Below are positions 60,231-64,000 of a DNA stretch of 64,000 nt, one piece after another. Each line of letters begins with the position of its first letter. Positions within the stretch are counted from its first letter, which is position 1. The stretch spans positions 16,759 to 80,758 of IMG/VR virus record IMGVR_UViG_3300045391_005708. One strand, 5' to 3'. Under the pieces are notes generated by a model. That model saw only the letters and a program-made list of their open reading frames with translations, ran no database searches and was not told the origin of the DNA. The position numbers were made by a program, and so were the translations under genes. The stretch is from a virus. Lineage: Duplodnaviria > Caudoviricetes.

Positions 60231-60448
60231 GCATCACGCCCGAGCAGGCCACCGAGGAGATCAAGGACGCGCTGCGGAGCCCGGACGGCTCCATCAAGGT
60301 CGTGCAGACGTTCACGCACGGCAAGGCCGTCCAGGTCATGCGCAAGACGAGGAAGATCGGCCCGCTGATCATCCCTAACCGCGAGGGCGGGCAGTCGCTG
60401 GGCGACGTGCTCTCCATGCTGGGCGAGTGGGCGGAGGGCGAGTCGTGA
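60227..60448 (+). CDS. hypothetical protein
   Basis: RBS GAGGG; ATGA overlap. Confidence 0.6.
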   Translation: MSITPEQATEEIKDALRSPDGSIKVVQTFTHGKAVQVMRKTRKIGPLIIPNREGGQSLGDVLSMLGEWAEGES

Positions 60449-60912
60449 CGTGCAGGCCGGAGGTCGACGAGGACGGCATGGTGTGCGGCGACCACGGCGG
60501 CCCCTGGGACTGGCACCGCGGCTGCCCGACCCAGGCCGTGCTGCGGGACGTGGCCGACCACCGGGCCTGGCAGTTCCAGAACTACGGGACCAACCGCGAC
60601 GTGCCGGACGGCACCGGGGGAGGCGTGGAGTGGCTGCGGCCCGTCGTGGACGCGGCGCAGAGCGCGTACACGGGCGACTTCGGTGCCAACGTGATCACCG
60701 AGATCTTCCGCGCCGAGTGGGACTACCCCAAGGACGGCTCGCACGAGGCCCAGGCCGCCGCCAGGGCGCAGTGCACGTGGCTGCGCATGCTCCGCGAGGA
60801 GGTCGCCGAGGCGTTCGAGCAGTCCGACCCCGAGAGGCTGTACGAGGAGTTGGTCCAGGTGTCGGCGCTGTCGGCGTCCTGGGCCGAGCGCGTGAGGGAG
60901 AGGATGAAGTGA
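60445..60912 (+). CDS. MazG-like nucleotide pyrophosphohydrolase domain protein
   Basis: WLRMLREEVAEAF..D..L.EELVQVSAL..SW all-alpha NTP-PPase motif. Confidence 0.7.
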   Translation: MTCRPEVDEDGMVCGDHGGPWDWHRGCPTQAVLRDVADHRAWQFQNYGTNRDVPDGTGGGVEWLRPVVDAAQSAYTGDFGANVITEIFRAEWDYPKDGSHEAQAAARAQCTWLRMLREEVAEAFEQSDPERLYEELVQVSALSASWAERVRERMK

Positions 60913-61448
60913 GCGAGGGAGAGATGGGCGACGTGAGCAAGTACTACCGCGCGCTGGCGAGGCCGGACTGGGCGCGCACCGTCCCGGGCCGACTGGTCCT
61001 GGGCGCACCACGGCTGCCCACGGTCACCGTGGACGGCAACACCATGACCCGGGGCCTGCGGGCCGCAGCCGAGGCGGTCGCGGAGGCGATGCGGGGCATG
61101 AGGAGGGTGATGCGGTCCGTCGGGTCCTCGTTCAGCCGGGCGGCCAACGCCGAGGAGGTCGTGCAGGGCTACATGACCGTGATGCGCGTCCGCGGCGGCC
61201 TGGTCGAGTGGCAGGGCGCGGGGATCGGCGACCTCGTGCACACGCTCATGGTCGAGCCGTCCGCGCAGGCGCTGGAGCCCGGCGAGGGTCCGTGGATGGA
61301 CCTGCTGACCCCGGCCAACCGCGCGAGGGTCGCGGCGGCCGCGCTGGAGGGCTACGTGCTGCACCACGACGGGCCAGCGCCGGAGGTCCTGGCCTGGCAC
61401 CGCCACTGGCCGACCGGCCGGGTGTCCGTGGGGAGGGAGAGCAAGTGA
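60909..61448 (+). CDS. hypothetical protein
   Basis: GTGA overlaps. Confidence 0.6.
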   Translation: MSEGEMGDVSKYYRALARPDWARTVPGRLVLGAPRLPTVTVDGNTMTRGLRAAAEAVAEAMRGMRRVMRSVGSSFSRAANAEEVVQGYMTVMRVRGGLVEWQGAGIGDLVHTLMVEPSAQALEPGEGPWMDLLTPANRARVAAAALEGYVLHHDGPAPEVLAWHRHWPTGRVSVGRESK

Positions 61449-61648
61449 GCAACAACATCAGGAAGGTCACCATCGCGATCGAGACGGAGTCCGGCGAGGG
61501 GCACATGCTCGTCGTGGAGGACCCGAACCCCTGGGGCAGCAACCCGGCGTTCATGAGCCAGCAGTTCGAGGCCGCCCTGGCCGACCTGGGCGAGCGCGGC
61601 CACGCGCTGATCCAGGCCGTCTACGGCAACCAGATCCGGGTAGAGTAG
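61445..61648 (+). CDS. hypothetical protein
   Basis: RBS GGAGAG; 67 aa. Confidence 0.6.
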   Translation: MSNNIRKVTIAIETESGEGHMLVVEDPNPWGSNPAFMSQQFEAALADLGERGHALIQAVYGNQIRVE

Positions 61649-61658
61649 GGGGATGGGG

Positions 61659-61829
61659 ATGAAGCGGCGGCTCGGACTGTTCCTGCGGGGCCTGGCCCCG
61701 GTCCGGCAGTGCCGGATCTGCGGCATCGCCTTCCGCAGGCGGCGGTGCCGGTACCCCTCCCTCGTCGGGTGGGCGTACTGCAGCGAGGCGTGCGAGAAGG
61801 CGGCCTGGCGCGAGTGGGTGCACGGGTGA
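61659..61829 (+). CDS. small zinc-finger protein (56 aa, not in ORF track)
   Basis: CRICG..AYCSEAC; GTGA overlap with sigma gene. Confidence 0.55.
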   Translation: MKRRLGLFLRGLAPVRQCRICGIAFRRRRCRYPSLVGWAYCSEACEKAAWREWVHG

Positions 61830-62383
61830 TCGAGGACCCGGACGGCGTGCTGGCGGACTACCACCGCTGGCTCTACAAGGTCGCGCACGCCTACGCGCGG
61901 AACCCCGGCGACGTGGACGACATCGCGCAGGAGGGCCGCGTCGCCATGTGGCGCGCGATGGAGACGTTCGACGGCGACCGGGGCAGCCTGCCCTCGTGGC
62001 TGACGACCGCGGCCAAGGCGCGCATGAGGGACGTGGCCTTCCGGGGCAGGCCCGCCACCGGCCACCGGGCCGCCCGGCACCACGCCGAGGCCCGGCCCGC
62101 CGTGAGCCTGGACGCGTTCGAGCAGGAGGAGGCCGAGCGCGTGTTCGACCTCGTGGACACGCTCGACCTCGTGGAGAGGGCGTACATGTGCGGCGTCGTC
62201 GCGAAGGCCCTGGAGTCCCTGACGCCGCGGCAACGCGAGTACGTGTTCCTCCGGTTCTTCGCGGGCCTGGAGACGACCTCCGCCCTGCCGTCGACCGTGG
62301 CGCTGCGCAGGCGGTACCCCGTGCTGCAGGACCGCCGCGTCTGGGCCGAGGCCCGGCGCGCGCTGGAGGGGGCGCTGTCGTGA
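61826..62383 (+). CDS. sigma-70 family (ECF-like) RNA polymerase sigma factor
   Basis: DVDDIAQEGRVAMWRA..FD..RGSLPSWL (region 2); LESLTPRQREYVFLRFFAG (region 4). Confidence 0.85.
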   Translation: MIEDPDGVLADYHRWLYKVAHAYARNPGDVDDIAQEGRVAMWRAMETFDGDRGSLPSWLTTAAKARMRDVAFRGRPATGHRAARHHAEARPAVSLDAFEQEEAERVFDLVDTLDLVERAYMCGVVAKALESLTPRQREYVFLRFFAGLETTSALPSTVALRRRYPVLQDRRVWAEARRALEGALS

Positions 62384-62889
62384 CGATGATGCACGGCTGC
62401 GCGCCCGAGGAAGCCGCGGGCGCCTGGCCGGGGGGCTACCCGGAGCCGCGGGCGCCGCACAGGCGACCCGGGTGGGACGAGTACTTCCTGGGCATCGCCC
62501 GCGCCGTCGCGGCCCGCGGGGAGTGCACCAGGAGCCAGGTGGGGGCCGTCCTGGTCCAGGCCCGGCGCATCGTGTCGACCGGCTACAACGGGGTCGCCGC
62601 GGGCGAGAGGTCGTGCCTGGACGGCGCCTGCCCGCGCGGCCGGAGCGGCCTGCCGCGGTCCAGCGAGGGCGGCCCGGGCTACGCCTCGAACCCGTGCATC
62701 GCGACCCACGCCGAGGTAAACGCGATCAACGACGCCGTGGACCGCGGCCACGCGGCCGACATCAACCTGGGCACGATCTATCTCACCAAGGAACCGTGCG
62801 AGCGGTGCGCCCCGGTGCTGAGGGCGTGGCGCCTGAGGGTCGTCTGGGAGGACGACACGCGAGGGGCGCGCGGGGAAACCTCGCCTTGA
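62380..62889 (+). CDS. deoxycytidylate (dCMP) deaminase
   Basis: RPGWDEYFLGIA..C.RSQVGAVLV..STGYNG..HAEVNAI..PCERC. Confidence 0.92.
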   Translation: MTMMHGCAPEEAAGAWPGGYPEPRAPHRRPGWDEYFLGIARAVAARGECTRSQVGAVLVQARRIVSTGYNGVAAGERSCLDGACPRGRSGLPRSSEGGPGYASNPCIATHAEVNAINDAVDRGHAADINLGTIYLTKEPCERCAPVLRAWRLRVVWEDDTRGARGETSP

Positions 62890-62920
62890 CCTGGGCGAAC
62901 GAAAAATTCCGAGGAAAGGG

Positions 62921-62996
62921 TTGCATTTTACGTCCGCAGGGGGTATAGTTGGACCCAGCGGCGCGAAGAGGCGCCGAAACCGAGAGGAAACCGACA
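62921..62996 (+). promoter_or_regulatory. early-type promoter copy 7 plus RBS
   Basis: TTGCAT 62921-62926, 17 nt, TATAGT 62944-62949; ACCGAGAGGAAACCGAC. Confidence 0.85.
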
Positions 62997-64000
62997 ATGA
63001 CCCACAACATCACCGCCACCGACCGGGTGGGGAGCGTCCGCGACGCGGGCTGGCACAGCCTGGCCGACGTCTGGGACGACCACAAGACCCCCGAGGAGGC
63101 CCGCAAGGCCACCCTCGACTGGGAGCCCGTCACCGAGACGCTGTACCGCGTGGTCGGCATCGACGAGCGCGGCGGCCCGGTCTACGAGCCCGTCCCGGAC
63201 ATGGGCGTCTCCCGCTCCGACACCGGCGAGTACTTCCGCGCCGTGTCCGCCGAGGTCGCGGAGAGCCTGGAGCACGCCAACAACAAGGCCCTGACCGAGG
63301 TCGCCGAGGCCGTCGAGGGCATCGCCGCGGGCGAGGTCAAGGTCGAGACGGCGGGCAGCCTCCAGGGCGGCCGCAAGGTCTGGATGCTCCTGCGGCTGCA
63401 GGAGCCCATCGCCGTCCTGGGCGACCCGAACGGCGAGACGATCCCCTACTTCGCCCTCCAGACCAACCACGACGGCCGGGGCTCGTTCCGCGGGCAGGCG
63501 CTGTTCACCCGGATCATCTGCGACAACACCGCGCAGGCCGCCGACCTGGAGGCCAAGAGGCGGGGCACGGAGTTCACGTTCCACCACACGTCCGGCCTGA
63601 AGGACCGGATCGAGCAGGCCAAGGGCGCCGTCGCCCTGTGGCGCGAGGACCTGCAGTTCTGGCAGGCCCTCATGGCCGACCTGGTGAACATCAAGGTCAC
63701 CAAGAAGCAGAAGGCGCTGTTCGTGGACGCCTGGGGGCCGACCCGGTACCCGAAGCAGGGCGTCGAGATCTCGGACCGCGTGCGCCAGAACATCGAGAAC
63801 GCCCGCGACGAGTTCTCCGGCATCCTCAACGGCCCGACCAGCGAGGGCGTCGCCGACACCGCCTACGGCCTCTTCCAGGCCACCGTCGAGTTCCAGCAGC
63901 ACGTCAAGGGCCTGCGCGGCGCGACCGACCTGGCCAAGGCCGAGTCCAAGTTCAACCGCGCGTACCTGCAGCGCGACGACCTGATCCAGGGCGCAGTCGC
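62997..64000 (+). CDS. DUF932 family protein (3'-truncated by window, absent from ORF track)
   Basis: Manual translation: AGWHSL, ETAGSLQGGRKVW, NHDGRGS, RIICDNT, FHHTSG. Confidence 0.85.
   Translation, partial: MTHNITATDRVGSVRDAGWHSLADVWDDHKTPEEARKATLDWEPVTETLYRVVGIDERGGPVYEPVPDMGVSRSDTGEYFRAVSAEVAESLEHANNKALTEVAEAVEGIAAGEVKVETAGSLQGGRKVWMLLRLQEPIAVLGDPNGETIPYFALQTNHDGRGSFRGQALFTRIICDNTAQAADLEAKRRGTEFTFHHTSGLKDRIEQAKGAVALWREDLQFWQALMADLVNIKVTKKQKALFVDAWGPTRYPKQGVEISDRVRQNIENARDEFSGILNGPTSEGVADTAYGLFQATVEFQQHVKGLRGATDLAKAESKFNRAYLQRDDLIQGAV

Overview
Very GC-rich actinobacteriophage (siphovirus-type) DNA. No integrase, DNA polymerase, recognisable endolysin, tRNA, rRNA or CRISPR array is visible, and both ends of the window cut through genes. 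Layout: (i) 1-1962 (+): tail of a cell-wall-sorted protein, a class F sortase and two promoter-driven genes, closed by a 14-bp hairpin. (ii) 2156-47043 (-), in reading order: nuclease fragment, primase-helicase, candidate origin, terminase small/large, portal, a 1713-aa MuF protein, a 919-aa multidomain 2H-phosphoesterase/zeta-kinase protein, capsid protease, two capsid proteins, tail genes, tape measure, minor tails, holin, an EEP hydrolase and membrane proteins. (iii) 47235-64000 (+): early region of small genes behind a repeated TTGCAT-17-TATGAT promoter and an invariant CCGAGAGGAAACCG RBS, including UDG-like, TOPRIM, GNAT, HicA-like, SNF2 helicase, MazG-like, sigma factor, dCMP deaminase and DUF932 genes. 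Two systems stand out: (1) a head-gene cargo locus resembling a chained toxin/immunity/anti-defence system with a shared peptide tag and candidate protease cleavage sites, and (2) an apparently phage-encoded sortase with its own substrate, plus several secreted proteins. All family calls are by-eye motif recognition with no database searches. Many start sites were re-chosen from the ORF track using RBS and GTGA/ATGA overlaps.
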